The position numbers and the translations under genes are program-made. From Escherichia phage Mt1B1_P10, in sequence record MT496971.1: a stretch of 45,359 bases of DNA, one strand, 5' to 3'. Shown here piece after piece: positions 26,810 to 35,753 of the stretch (within the stretch, counting starts at the first letter, position 1; the number at the start of each line of letters is the position of its first letter). The notes beneath the pieces were generated by a model. It searched no databases and had not been told where the DNA came from. It saw only the letters and a program-made list of their open reading frames with translations.

Positions 26810-27838
26810 CTTACCAATCCAGCGATTGTCACTATTGGTCTGCATCGGGACAATGTGCGGCACACCCTCCAGAATAACCACACAACCTAATGCTGGCTTG
26901 TATTTGGACTCACGACCATAGGCAAATGCACGAGATGACTCATCAATCAAACAGCCGCCCTGCACAGCCCAATACTGTTCATGTGTATTACGTGCGTACT
27001 CCACAGACATCTTACCATGCAAGTGACCACACACAAGGTTCATACGCTCATGCGCTGCATCTGCTAAGACAGAGCCAGCAGGTTGATGCTTGAATGCTAC
27101 CTGTTCACCATTCGGCAACTCAAGTACGTGTGTATGTTGCCAATCCCACTGGTCGCCACCTCCATTTGGGAAGAAGACTTCACGGTATGTACGAAGATAT
27201 TGCACTGGAATACCCTTGGCGCTTGCCTTACGGAAGTGCATAGAGCCGTGATTAGAATGACACAGGCGCATCACAGGAAACATCTTGTGCAACTTGTGCA
27301 TGAAGACACGAGCCTTCTCTAATTCCATACCAGCACTGTCCAGATTTGGGTCCGAATCGTGAAATGACAAGGCATGTTTGTCTGCCTCATCTCCAAGATG
27401 AACCACCGTATCAGGACGGTAACGTGCTGCCACTGCTGCAAGGAACTCTAAGGTATCTGGGTGCTCATACGGTGCATGGGTATCAGGGATTACCAGTACA
27501 CTTCGATGAGGCGAGTCAGGCAATGGTACAATAGCCAAATCCTCGTAGCGGTCAGGAGTCCTGAGCTTACGCTCTTCCTTGATACGCTTATCCTCTTGCA
27601 GAAGGGTCTGGTAGTAATCACCATTCTTCTTGGTCTTCTTGAATTGACCATGCCAGTATCGAGCCAACTGGCGGGTAATCTTCTTACCCACAGGGTGGCA
27701 CGATAATATCCGTGCCATCTCATTGTAATTAACATTACCTTTCTCGTCGGTAGCTTGCTCGATTGCATCAAGTACCTCGGAGTCTTTGTACAAGCTGCGA
27801 AGCTTACCCAACTTTAACCTCCTTCTTCTTTCTTGCAT
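26804..27838 (-). CDS. Calcineurin-like metallophosphoesterase, 344 aa
   Basis: Metal-binding motifs VIPDTHAPYEHPD, HLGDEAD, GHLHG. Start ATG at 27838 (weak SD); track start is TTG. Confidence 0.75.
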   Translation of the reverse strand: MQERRRRLKLGKLRSLYKDSEVLDAIEQATDEKGNVNYNEMARILSCHPVGKKITRQLARYWHGQFKKTKKNGDYYQTLLQEDKRIKEERKLRTPDRYEDLAIVPLPDSPHRSVLVIPDTHAPYEHPDTLEFLAAVAARYRPDTVVHLGDEADKHALSFHDSDPNLDSAGMELEKARVFMHKLHKMFPVMRLCHSNHGSMHFRKASAKGIPVQYLRTYREVFFPNGGGDQWDWQHTHVLELPNGEQVAFKHQPAGSVLADAAHERMNLVCGHLHGKMSVEYARNTHEQYWAVQGGCLIDESSRAFAYGRESKYKPALGCVVILEGVPHIVPMQTNSDNRWIGKI

Positions 27839-28217
27839 AAGCAAGGCGTGCCTTACGGTTCTTAGCCTCGCGCTTCTCTGCCTCCGTTTGATGTTTATGA
27901 TAAATCTTATCAGTCTGAGGCTTACTATGTAAGTCTAGATAATCTGCAATGTTTCGCAATGTCTTGATAATGAAATACTCATTATCCCCAGCCTTACAAT
28001 AAGTCTTTACTAGGTTTTCTATCTTCCCGATACCGCCATTGCACCCACGACAGAGTACCGCTCTACAGTAACCTCTGCGATGGCAATGGTCTAGTACTCG
28101 GTTAATCTCGGCTACTGCTTTAAGAGGCGCTCCACAAATAGGACATTTCCAGCCCTGCTTCTCTAGCAACTCTTTCTTATAAGCAGCAACTTCAGATGCT
28201 TTTAACTTTGTAGCCAT
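27804..28217 (-). CDS. Endonuclease VII-like Holliday-junction resolvase, 137 aa
   Basis: GWKCPICGAPL...VLDHCHRRGYCRAVLCRGCNGGIGKIENL matches the T4 endonuclease VII zinc/His-metal pattern. Confidence 0.8.
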   Translation of the reverse strand: MATKLKASEVAAYKKELLEKQGWKCPICGAPLKAVAEINRVLDHCHRRGYCRAVLCRGCNGGIGKIENLVKTYCKAGDNEYFIIKTLRNIADYLDLHSKPQTDKIYHKHQTEAEKREAKNRKARLAYARKKKEVKVG

Positions 28218-29227
28218 CCTTCATCTCCCCACAAGATTGGGTTCTTATCGGCCCGCCATATATCACCCTTGAATCTTGCCATGTGAGCTAAGCGACCACA
28301 CTCAAGCATTAGGTCAAAGGCTTTGCCGATACGATAACCACCTCGGTAATTCTTAATTTTAACTTGTCCATGCCCGAACTTAGCCTTGTAAGCACCCAGC
28401 ACTGCCATGTACAACTCTTTCTCTGTCTTACAATCTTTGAGAAGATCATAGGCATATTTAGCACCACGACCTGGTATGCCAGCATAGTTATCAATATCAT
28501 CACCGATAATCATCTGTGCATAGTGGAACATGAGGCCAGCACCTTTTAGATCTTTGACTTGCCCATTAGCCTTACGGCGTAGCTCAAGCCAGCCCATAGG
28601 CTCTACCCACTTCTTCTCTTGACCCGGCTGTAGATGCCAACCGGGAACAATCATCAAATCCTTATCCAAGGAAACGATGCAAGTATCAGAGAATGCTTTA
28701 TGCTCTGGACTACCGATAGGGAACTCGTTACCTGTATCTTGCTGGAAGCGGCGGTGGCTGTCCCATTGTGCGATGCTCATGAGGTCATCAGCTTCTTCTC
28801 CATCTGCCAAGATTGCACCATGAACCTCTAAGAGATGCTCTCGCAATTCATAGAAGAATGGAGGCTTCTCGGTCTTACGTTGACCCTTATAAGGCTTGGT
28901 GAATGCTAGGCGAACACGGAAGTTAGCTTCTGATTTCGTCATGAATAACTTAGCTGCATCACATTCTGCTGCATACACCCAAGAGTTAAGCAAGGAGTTC
29001 ACACGGTCACATGCTTGCTTACACTCAGGTGTATCTTTGATTGATGGGACTTGTCCTGACTTAACACGAGTTGTGGCTCGTACATAAGTCATGTCACTGA
29101 TAGTATACCCTACGATGTAAGGTAACATATCAGCATCTATTAAAGCGATTCGATTACCTTCAGTCGGCCACAGCAGCAGGTTATTGTCTTCCGATACTGT
29201 AGCTCCGAAGTCGAAGTTTGGTCGCAT
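28202..29227 (-). CDS. 5'-3' exonuclease (T7 gp6-like), 341 aa
   Basis: DGEEADDLMSIAQ and DKDLMIVPG resemble T7 gp6 as recalled. Start moved to ATG at 29227 (SD AGAGGAG). Confidence 0.8.
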   Translation of the reverse strand: MRPNFDFGATVSEDNNLLLWPTEGNRIALIDADMLPYIVGYTISDMTYVRATTRVKSGQVPSIKDTPECKQACDRVNSLLNSWVYAAECDAAKLFMTKSEANFRVRLAFTKPYKGQRKTEKPPFFYELREHLLEVHGAILADGEEADDLMSIAQWDSHRRFQQDTGNEFPIGSPEHKAFSDTCIVSLDKDLMIVPGWHLQPGQEKKWVEPMGWLELRRKANGQVKDLKGAGLMFHYAQMIIGDDIDNYAGIPGRGAKYAYDLLKDCKTEKELYMAVLGAYKAKFGHGQVKIKNYRGGYRIGKAFDLMLECGRLAHMARFKGDIWRADKNPILWGDEGWLQS

Positions 29228-29445
29228 GTAGGCCACTCCTCTAATACACTGAGTAGCACCTTGTCTGCTATGGCCTGATATGTATAACCCCAATAGCCTA
29301 AATCAAACAATTCAGGAAGGGTGAATGTTTTAGTGTGAAACACTTCTCCATCCAGCAGGATGATTACTTTAAAATAATCTTGCATTAACTTTAAGTCACG
29401 ACCATAAACATAGTCTGCTACTAAACGAGATTCAATAGTCGGCAT
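29140..29445 (-). CDS. Hypothetical protein, 101 aa
   Basis: ATG with SD GGAGA; its 3' end overlaps the exonuclease start by about 88 nt. Confidence 0.45.
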   Translation of the reverse strand: MPTIESRLVADYVYGRDLKLMQDYFKVIILLDGEVFHTKTFTLPELFDLGYWGYTYQAIADKVLLSVLEEWPTCDQTSTSELQYRKTITCCCGRLKVIESL

Positions 29446-29562
29446 AATTCATTCTCCAATAACTATTACGCAAAAGACCCTGCCTACACTAAGGCAGACA
29501 GGGCATTAGATGAGGTGAGCGTGATAGTCAACTAGGACTAACAGAGGCAACACCTGCTATTA

Positions 29563-29934
29563 TCAAAACTCTTCCTCTTCGCTAACCGGAGCTTCCGGTG
29601 CAGACACTTCTACTGCCGGAGCTTCAGCTTCTTCAGCAGCTTTAACTTCTTTCACTGGTTTACCAGCAGCAATCCAATCCAGATATTCAGCTACGATGTT
29701 AGCCTTACCGATCTGGGCTTTGTCAGCCTGCTCAGGGAAGCAAGCACGAGCGAACTCCAGACCAGCAGCGAAGTTACCCATGCTGTCAATCTTAGCCTGA
29801 GCTTCTTCACGGGTATCGTAAGCCTTAGTACCAGCTACCAGTTGATCAGCTTCATCGACGATAATGAAAGACTCAACGGATACCAGAGCAGCACCTTTAA
29901 CAACACGGTTTACGATAGTTTCAATCTTGAACAT
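29563..29934 (-). CDS. Hypothetical acidic protein with C-terminal ...SEEEEF tail, 123 aa
   Basis: ATG with SD AAGGAGA, 56 nt downstream of a promoter. Confidence 0.55.
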   Translation of the reverse strand: MFKIETIVNRVVKGAALVSVESFIIVDEADQLVAGTKAYDTREEAQAKIDSMGNFAAGLEFARACFPEQADKAQIGKANIVAEYLDWIAAGKPVKEVKAAEEAEAPAVEVSAPEAPVSEEEEF

Positions 29935-29989
29935 ATTAAATTCTCCTTTTGTTGGTTATGGCATTATCGCCGATTAAAATTCTTCTCTT

Positions 29990-30007
29990 CTATAGTGTCC
30001 AGTAAAT
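29990..30007 (-). promoter_or_regulatory. Phage RNAP promoter
   Basis: Minus-strand ATTTACTGGACACTATAGAAGAG. Confidence 0.75.
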
Positions 30008-30022
30008 ACCGGACACCGATTT

Positions 30023-30038
30023 GTCTCACACGTGAGAC
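30023..30038 (-). promoter_or_regulatory. Conserved 16-bp palindrome GTCTCAC-RY-GTGAGAC (copy 2)
   Basis: gtctcacacgtgagac directly after the stop at 30040 and just upstream of the promoter. Confidence 0.55.
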
Positions 30039-30039
30039 T

Positions 30040-30258
30040 TTATAAAACTGTGTTCACCTGAGCAATGTCATGCGCCGGAAGCGATACGCCGTGGCGTTTC
30101 CCCGTAGCTGGGTCGCTGTAGTTCACCACGTGCTGTCCGTCGCGCCAGATGTAGTGCAGGTCGGCATATGTGTCCCCTTCAGAGAAGGAGTGAAAAGTGT
30201 TGCCGCCAAGAGTTGTAATTCCTTTCTTGCAGTGCAGGGTTACGATTTGTACTTTCAT
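30040..30258 (-). CDS. Hypothetical protein, 72 aa
   Basis: ATG with SD AAGGAG. Confidence 0.5.
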   Translation of the reverse strand: MKVQIVTLHCKKGITTLGGNTFHSFSEGDTYADLHYIWRDGQHVVNYSDPATGKRHGVSLPAHDIAQVNTVL

Positions 30259-30267
30259 CCTTTCTCC

Positions 30268-31074
30268 TTAATATTCCGCGTCCTCATCCATCTCCGGTGC
30301 AGGAGTATCTTCTGCTTCAGGTACTTCCTGTGGAACAGACTCACCAGTATCCATAGATTTACGATTAGCTGGGGTAGCATCTTCCTCGTCTTTCTTCTTA
30401 GCCTTCTTCCATTCAGGGTCTTCTTCACGAGCAGCTTTGATAATAGCTTCTACGTGAGAGCCAGCAACAGACAGGTTCTTACCACGAGGTGTCTCGTTCA
30501 GGAAGTATTGACGTACCAAGTTAGCTGGGATGTCATCAAGGATTTCTTTGGTCAGCTTGTCGAAGGTGATATGACCTGTCATAGACAGACCTTCCTCTTC
30601 TACCTGAGCCAGTACAAGCTTCTTCAACTTATCAGGCATACCGCCAAAGCCTTTCCAGTTAACATACTTGAAAGTACCATCATCATTCTTGTCGCCAGAG
30701 CCAACCATAGTTGCAGTCAGACATTCACCGATAAAATCATCGAAGCCACCCAGCAACTCTTTAGGGTCAACTGCATTCAGGAACTTAGTCAGTGTTGCCT
30801 TATCACCAGACTTCAGAGGCACAGCCATCCATTGTTCCATGCGAGAATCATCTTCATTCTTATCGTCGTCACCCATCAGGATAATCTTAACAAGAACAAA
30901 GTTTGCTGGCTTCTTAACTTCAGTGGTATTACCTTTCTTAAAGATATCTTGGAAGGAACCAACATGAATGATGCCAGAGATTACTGCTTCATGATCACCA
31001 ACTTCAGGGTTCTTAAATACTTTACCTTCAGCTTTAGTAACCTGAGCACCAAAATCAAAATCACCACGTGCCAT
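30268..31074 (-). CDS. Hypothetical acidic-tailed protein, possible ssDNA-binding protein, 268 aa
   Basis: ATG with SD AGGAGA downstream of a promoter; acidic C-terminal tail ending ...EMDEDAEY, reminiscent of T7 gp2.5. SSB assignment is inference only. Confidence 0.45.
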   Translation of the reverse strand: MARGDFDFGAQVTKAEGKVFKNPEVGDHEAVISGIIHVGSFQDIFKKGNTTEVKKPANFVLVKIILMGDDDKNEDDSRMEQWMAVPLKSGDKATLTKFLNAVDPKELLGGFDDFIGECLTATMVGSGDKNDDGTFKYVNWKGFGGMPDKLKKLVLAQVEEEGLSMTGHITFDKLTKEILDDIPANLVRQYFLNETPRGKNLSVAGSHVEAIIKAAREEDPEWKKAKKKDEEDATPANRKSMDTGESVPQEVPEAEDTPAPEMDEDAEY

Positions 31075-31135
31075 TTATTTAGTCTCCTATTGTTACACTA
31101 CACAATCATAGGCCGAACTAAGCCGACCTATTGTT

Positions 31136-31153
31136 CTATAGTGTCCAGTAATT
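31136..31153 (-). promoter_or_regulatory. Phage RNAP promoter
   Basis: Minus-strand AATTACTGGACACTATAGAACAATAGG. Confidence 0.7.
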
Positions 31154-31448
31154 ACTTATGAACTACCTTAATACGTGCAATAGTATCTAGAGGGTAGACA
31201 TAACTAACACATTCACCATCTTCAACCTCTTGTACATTTACACTAGCCATAGTGTCACAAAGTGAAAGGCTCAATTGATGACAAGTTTCACCTTGAGTAA
31301 ACTCTGGACCACGATATGCATCTGCTTGTTCCACAGTAGTGATTGCTGTATCGTCTTCTTTAGCCAGACGAGTGTGACCTGCAACTTTACGCTGCTCTAG
31401 ATCACGAAAGATGATACCTACATGTTTAGCTTGAATCACTTCTTCCAT
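31152..31448 (-). CDS. Hypothetical protein, 98 aa
   Basis: ATG with SD AAGGGG. Confidence 0.45.
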   Translation of the reverse strand: MEEVIQAKHVGIIFRDLEQRKVAGHTRLAKEDDTAITTVEQADAYRGPEFTQGETCHQLSLSLCDTMASVNVQEVEDGECVSYVYPLDTIARIKVVHK

Positions 31449-31457
31449 CATAACCCC

Positions 31458-31835
31458 TTATTTAGTCAAGTTGTCCAGTTCTATTTCCAGCATAACAATC
31501 TCTTTCTTCAGGCTGTCAGATGCAGCTTGATTTACAAGAGCAATTGATGCCTTGTTCTCTTCAAATTCAGCTTTCAGGCTGTCACGCTCTTGCTGGTGAC
31601 GTGCCAGCATATCTTCTACCTCTTTGACTTGACGTGCATTTAGTTCATCACGAGATGCATAGTAGCGGTTATGGCAGTCAATCATTTGAGAACTACGATG
31701 TTCTTCAACTTTAACTTGCTCTGCCTGTACTGCTTCGATGCGAGCCTCAATAGCTTTGATAGCCTTGGACTTGAACTTATTAGCAAGACCACGAAAGTAT
31801 TGAGCCACGAATACCAGAGTAGTTACCATAGACAT
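31458..31835 (-). CDS. Hypothetical coiled-coil protein, 125 aa
   Basis: ATG with SD AGGAGA downstream of a promoter; heptad-like charged repeats. Confidence 0.5.
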   Translation of the reverse strand: MSMVTTLVFVAQYFRGLANKFKSKAIKAIEARIEAVQAEQVKVEEHRSSQMIDCHNRYYASRDELNARQVKEVEDMLARHQQERDSLKAEFEENKASIALVNQAASDSLKKEIVMLEIELDNLTK

Positions 31836-31904
31836 ATTTATATCTCCTATATTTACTTAATTACCTATACTACCTTATAAACCTAGATTACCTAGGCTTT
31901 CCTT

Positions 31905-31922
31905 CTATAGTGTCCAGTAAAT
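31905..31922 (-). promoter_or_regulatory. Phage RNAP promoter
   Basis: Minus-strand ATTTACTGGACACTATAGAAGGAAAG. Confidence 0.75.
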
Positions 31923-32204
31923 CATGTTAGACAAAATAAGTAGGAATAAGTTATTCATAAAGGCCACCCGTAAGTGACCTTGAGTATAACTCAGTCGTAG
32001 TTACCATCACAATCTGGGTCAATGCCAGAGAAAGCCCAGAATACTACCATAAATAATATGATCCCAAGAATGATAAAAGCAGTTTGCATCAATCGTAACC
32101 CTACTCTTCATCAGGTATATCTAATCGCATACTTCCATAGCAAGCAAGCATAAGGAATATAAGAAAGAAGATAGAGAATAGGCAAACAACATCAAACCTG
32201 TCCA

Positions 32205-34751
32205 TCAGTGTGTTTCCTTCCAGCTTGCACCAATCTTATACTCACCTGCCATCGGACAACGCATCTTCAAATAATGACCAGCCCAAGTCATTGCATCGGC
32301 AATGATATGCCCTGCACGGTGATAACGACGCTGGCAATGAAGTACACCAGCATCAGCATCAACGCTAACGAGATTTGCAGCAGACCACATACGTCCTTCA
32401 GAATCCACATGAACACGTTTCTCCTCTGCATCGAACACTGCTTTCACAGCAGCCTTCTCTGTTTCGAACCCTTCTAAGGTGAAAGGCAAGTCGTAGTTGA
32501 GATACAAGACCTCATCTTCAGGGACTTCCATCTGGATTTCATCGTGCACGTTAGCCACACCGCAAGGGTTTCCCATACTATCTAGAGCCACACCCTCCTT
32601 GCGCATCACTGCAAACGCTCTGACCAATGCGTATTTCATACACAAAGAGCCAGTCATCTGGAGTAATACGTTGAGCATAGTGTGCTCTTTAAGTTCACCA
32701 CCAGACATACGGATGCGACCCCAATGCCCATCAGGTGCTTGTAGATAGCCAAACTTGTTACCTTGTGCGATAACACTCTCACGAAGACGTGCAAGAGATG
32801 GTAGTTCAATCTCAAATCTTGCCACAACTTCCTTCATTTCTCCCTCAGTAACACCGCATACTGCTGCAAGGTTAGCTATACCAGATCCATAGAGGAAGGC
32901 ATATATAAATGTCTTCGCCATGTCACGCTTGGGAAGACCAGCCTTCATCTGGTTATGAGTATGTATATCGCCATGCAGTACAATATCTTGATACTCAGGG
33001 TCATTCATGAAGTGAGATAGTACACGTAGTTCAAGACCAGCACCATCACAACCAAGGATTAGCTTACCTTTACCTGCTATGAATAAATCACGTAAAGGAT
33101 ACAAGCCACGGGCAGGAATATTAACCACGTTACGATGACGCATACGGAACGTAGAAGTACCAATGCTAATAGCAATAGCTGGAACACGCCACTCTCCGTC
33201 ATCTTTGTCAGACGTAGGCCAACACCCGTACCTCTCGTAGTATTGCTGCGCATTGATTCCTAGCTCCTTGTTGAATGCTACAGGTACAAGGCCGCGACAC
33301 TTTCGTACACCAGCCTGCGAGGGCCACGCTCCCTTCTGATTGAAGGCTTCAACGTCACCACGGTTGAGTATCTGACCGCGACGGGATACGAGTATGTACC
33401 ATGCAGCGATACCCAAGCACCAATCAGGGACTGTTTTACCTTCACGTGCGGATCTTTCCTGCCATAAAGTAAGGGACTTCTCATTTATCTTACCACTCCA
33501 AGGCTGAGGTAGGACACCATTTTCATCAAGATAGGCTTGCTCTTTATCGTTGAACTCCACACCTCTCCAGCCATAGTCGTAGAGTACTTGCTTAACGGTG
33601 TCACGGTTTCCCAAGGGAATCTCTTCAAACGTAACGGGAGAGTAAGCGCCAATCCACTTGATACTTGGCGTGTCATTACGGTTTCCTCTAAGGTGAGGAA
33701 AGTCTTTCTTGACGCTAGCCGACCAATCACCAGACTTAGTAGTGACACTCCATACTGTCTTGCGATCTCCTCGTCTCTCTGCGTGAAGAAAGTGAGAGGG
33801 GTCAAGGACAGTAGGTATATTGTTGCTAGCTCCATACTCATTTGCGCGTTGGCATACTTCATTCTTTTCTTCCGGTTTAAAAGGTTTAGACTTGATACGC
33901 ATAGGCATGTGCGGACGGAACGCTGCGACTGTCTCATCAATCTTAGCGTCCAATTCCTCGCATCGTGCTAATGCTTTATCTATATCCAGACGGAATCCAC
34001 GCTCGGCCTGACGGCTCATCTCCAGCGCCACAATGGACTCCATGTGGAAGGCTGTCTCAATACCTAGGCCAGTGCGTTTATTCACGCCACGGCGTTTGTG
34101 CTCCGTCCATTCTCCGTTAAATAGCCAGAGGAATAGGTCACGGCCTATCGCCACGTCCTCGCGTACACGATGTACCATGTGGTCAGTTAGTTTAGACCAA
34201 TCCTCGTTCTCCGGCTTATAACGGCCTATACGAATGCCGTGCGCCTCAATTGAGTGAGGGGCTACGTTACCCATGCCTTTGGCGTATGCTTGCGGAGGGA
34301 GGCGTCTATCGGGGTTTAACAGGCGACTCATGACCAGCGTATCCATGACGCGTACCGGACACAGGTCAGCGCGGAGTCTGCCCTTGCCGCGTCTCTCGGT
34401 ATAGTTAAAGCCTTTCCAGATATCAGGGAATGCTTTCTCAAATAGAAGGCCGTCGTACCCTAGGAAGTTCTGCGACACAATAGCTTCACAGTGCTTCAGG
34501 AAGTTAACACCATCAACCAAGTCACCATCTTGATGACCTTCCCATTCCTTCAGGTGTTCTCTTGCTTCAGGGTCACGCATCTCATATGGGTCGAAGAAGA
34601 GGAACTCCTCAGTGGTGAGCAAGTCCATGCAGCAAATGATGTGTACATCTTCGCGATGACCGTAGCGGATAGCATCCAGCAGACCTTTAGCTTCCGCATC
34701 CATTACTAAGATACGCCCTTCTGCTTCCTTCTTCCAATCAATTGATTTCAT
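32205..34751 (-). CDS. DNA polymerase, family A (T7 gp5-like), 848 aa
   Basis: 3'-5' exonuclease motif VMDAEAKGL; Pol A motif B RDMAKTFIYAFLYGSG; motif C VHDEIQ. Start moved to ATG at 34751 (SD GGAG). Confidence 0.9.
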   Translation of the reverse strand: MKSIDWKKEAEGRILVMDAEAKGLLDAIRYGHREDVHIICCMDLLTTEEFLFFDPYEMRDPEAREHLKEWEGHQDGDLVDGVNFLKHCEAIVSQNFLGYDGLLFEKAFPDIWKGFNYTERRGKGRLRADLCPVRVMDTLVMSRLLNPDRRLPPQAYAKGMGNVAPHSIEAHGIRIGRYKPENEDWSKLTDHMVHRVREDVAIGRDLFLWLFNGEWTEHKRRGVNKRTGLGIETAFHMESIVALEMSRQAERGFRLDIDKALARCEELDAKIDETVAAFRPHMPMRIKSKPFKPEEKNEVCQRANEYGASNNIPTVLDPSHFLHAERRGDRKTVWSVTTKSGDWSASVKKDFPHLRGNRNDTPSIKWIGAYSPVTFEEIPLGNRDTVKQVLYDYGWRGVEFNDKEQAYLDENGVLPQPWSGKINEKSLTLWQERSAREGKTVPDWCLGIAAWYILVSRRGQILNRGDVEAFNQKGAWPSQAGVRKCRGLVPVAFNKELGINAQQYYERYGCWPTSDKDDGEWRVPAIAISIGTSTFRMRHRNVVNIPARGLYPLRDLFIAGKGKLILGCDGAGLELRVLSHFMNDPEYQDIVLHGDIHTHNQMKAGLPKRDMAKTFIYAFLYGSGIANLAAVCGVTEGEMKEVVARFEIELPSLARLRESVIAQGNKFGYLQAPDGHWGRIRMSGGELKEHTMLNVLLQMTGSLCMKYALVRAFAVMRKEGVALDSMGNPCGVANVHDEIQMEVPEDEVLYLNYDLPFTLEGFETEKAAVKAVFDAEEKRVHVDSEGRMWSAANLVSVDADAGVLHCQRRYHRAGHIIADAMTWAGHYLKMRCPMAGEYKIGASWKETH

Positions 34752-34956
34752 AGATTGCTCCAAAGTATTTAACTCTAAGACTTTTACCTAATACAGAATC
34801 AGGTGTAGCTTTAAGATCAAGATACATTAAGTGCATGTGGTATTTATTATTGTGATCTCTCTGCCTTTTAGTGCGGCAGTTTTCACACTTACCATCAACA
34901 CGACTGCGATAGCCTTTACCGCAAGAGCAAACCTTGCTTAATTTAATAGTCTTCAT
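34738..34956 (-). CDS. Zinc-ribbon protein, 72 aa
   Basis: CxC...CxxC (VCSCGKGYRSRVDGKCENC); start taken at ATG at 34956 (SD AGAGG). Confidence 0.5.
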   Translation of the reverse strand: MKTIKLSKVCSCGKGYRSRVDGKCENCRTKRQRDHNNKYHMHLMYLDLKATPDSVLGKSLRVKYFGAIYEIN

Positions 34957-35081
34957 ACATTGCCTCTGTTTCGTAGTAATCATCTGAACGTTCTGGTTTT
35001 GGATTCATTGAGTCATAGTAATTCCAATCAGAATCATAATCACTTGGCATAATGCACCTCCAATCAATATGATGAAAGGCT

Positions 35082-35097
35082 GTCTCACGTGTGAGAC
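35082..35097 (-). promoter_or_regulatory. Conserved 16-bp palindrome GTCTCAC-RY-GTGAGAC (copy 3)
   Basis: gtctcacgtgtgagac; extended stem of about 9-10 bp, then a U-rich tract. Confidence 0.55.
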
Positions 35098-35273
35098 AAC
35101 CCTCGACTTATCGACTGCGAATCTTACGTTTCACTCCACCTTCCTTGATAACCTGCTCACGCGTCAGGCTGTTCTTCTTTGCTTCAGCTATAGTTAACTG
35201 TGCAAACAGGAAGGCTTGGTTAGTAATTTGTGCTTGCAGGTCTTCGTGACCATCGAACATCTTAAGGCTGTGT

Positions 35274-35528
35274 TTAGACATAAGAGATTGCCACCTCTAC
35301 TTTGCTACCTACCCAATGACCGTGACCACCACGATTACCTAGTGCAGCGCCTACGCCCCAGCCAATACCCTTATCGTTTACATAAATAGTTCGACCTTCT
35401 TGATAAGATCTAACAAAGACCATACCTTTAGCATTAAAACTTACAATACGCATACGGCCTTTAAATGTACCACGACGTAATTGTTTCTGAGCACGCTTGA
35501 TGCAGCGTTTGATTGCACGTTGTTTCAT
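35274..35528 (-). CDS. Hypothetical basic protein, 84 aa
   Basis: ATG with SD GGAGA overlapping the upstream stop (TAATG). Confidence 0.5.
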   Translation of the reverse strand: MKQRAIKRCIKRAQKQLRRGTFKGRMRIVSFNAKGMVFVRSYQEGRTIYVNDKGIGWGVGAALGNRGGHGHWVGSKVEVAISYV

Positions 35529-35743
35529 TACTTAGTCTCCACCATAAAAGAGCCAATAACTTTAAAATCTTTACGGAACTCTTTTTCAGTCCAATGACCG
35601 AAAAGTTCCCTCTGAAAACTTACACTACGACTGGCACCTATTAATGCCAACCCCTTTGAAGTACCATATGGCTTGACACCATCTGGTGCTACAACTGCAT
35701 AGCATTTATGAGGTCCACGCATATAAATTAATACCTTAGTCAT
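35528..35743 (-). CDS. Hypothetical protein, 71 aa
   Basis: ATG with SD AAGGGG. Confidence 0.5.
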   Translation of the reverse strand: MTKVLIYMRGPHKCYAVVAPDGVKPYGTSKGLALIGASRSVSFQRELFGHWTEKEFRKDFKVIGSFMVETK

Positions 35744-35753
35744 GATTAACCCC

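Noticed and set aside
30070-31161. 363-aa plus-strand ORF
   Set aside because: Lies antisense to the well-supported 268-aa gene and a promoter; composition (F/L/C/S-rich) is typical of antisense artefacts; no SD or promoter in the plus orientation.
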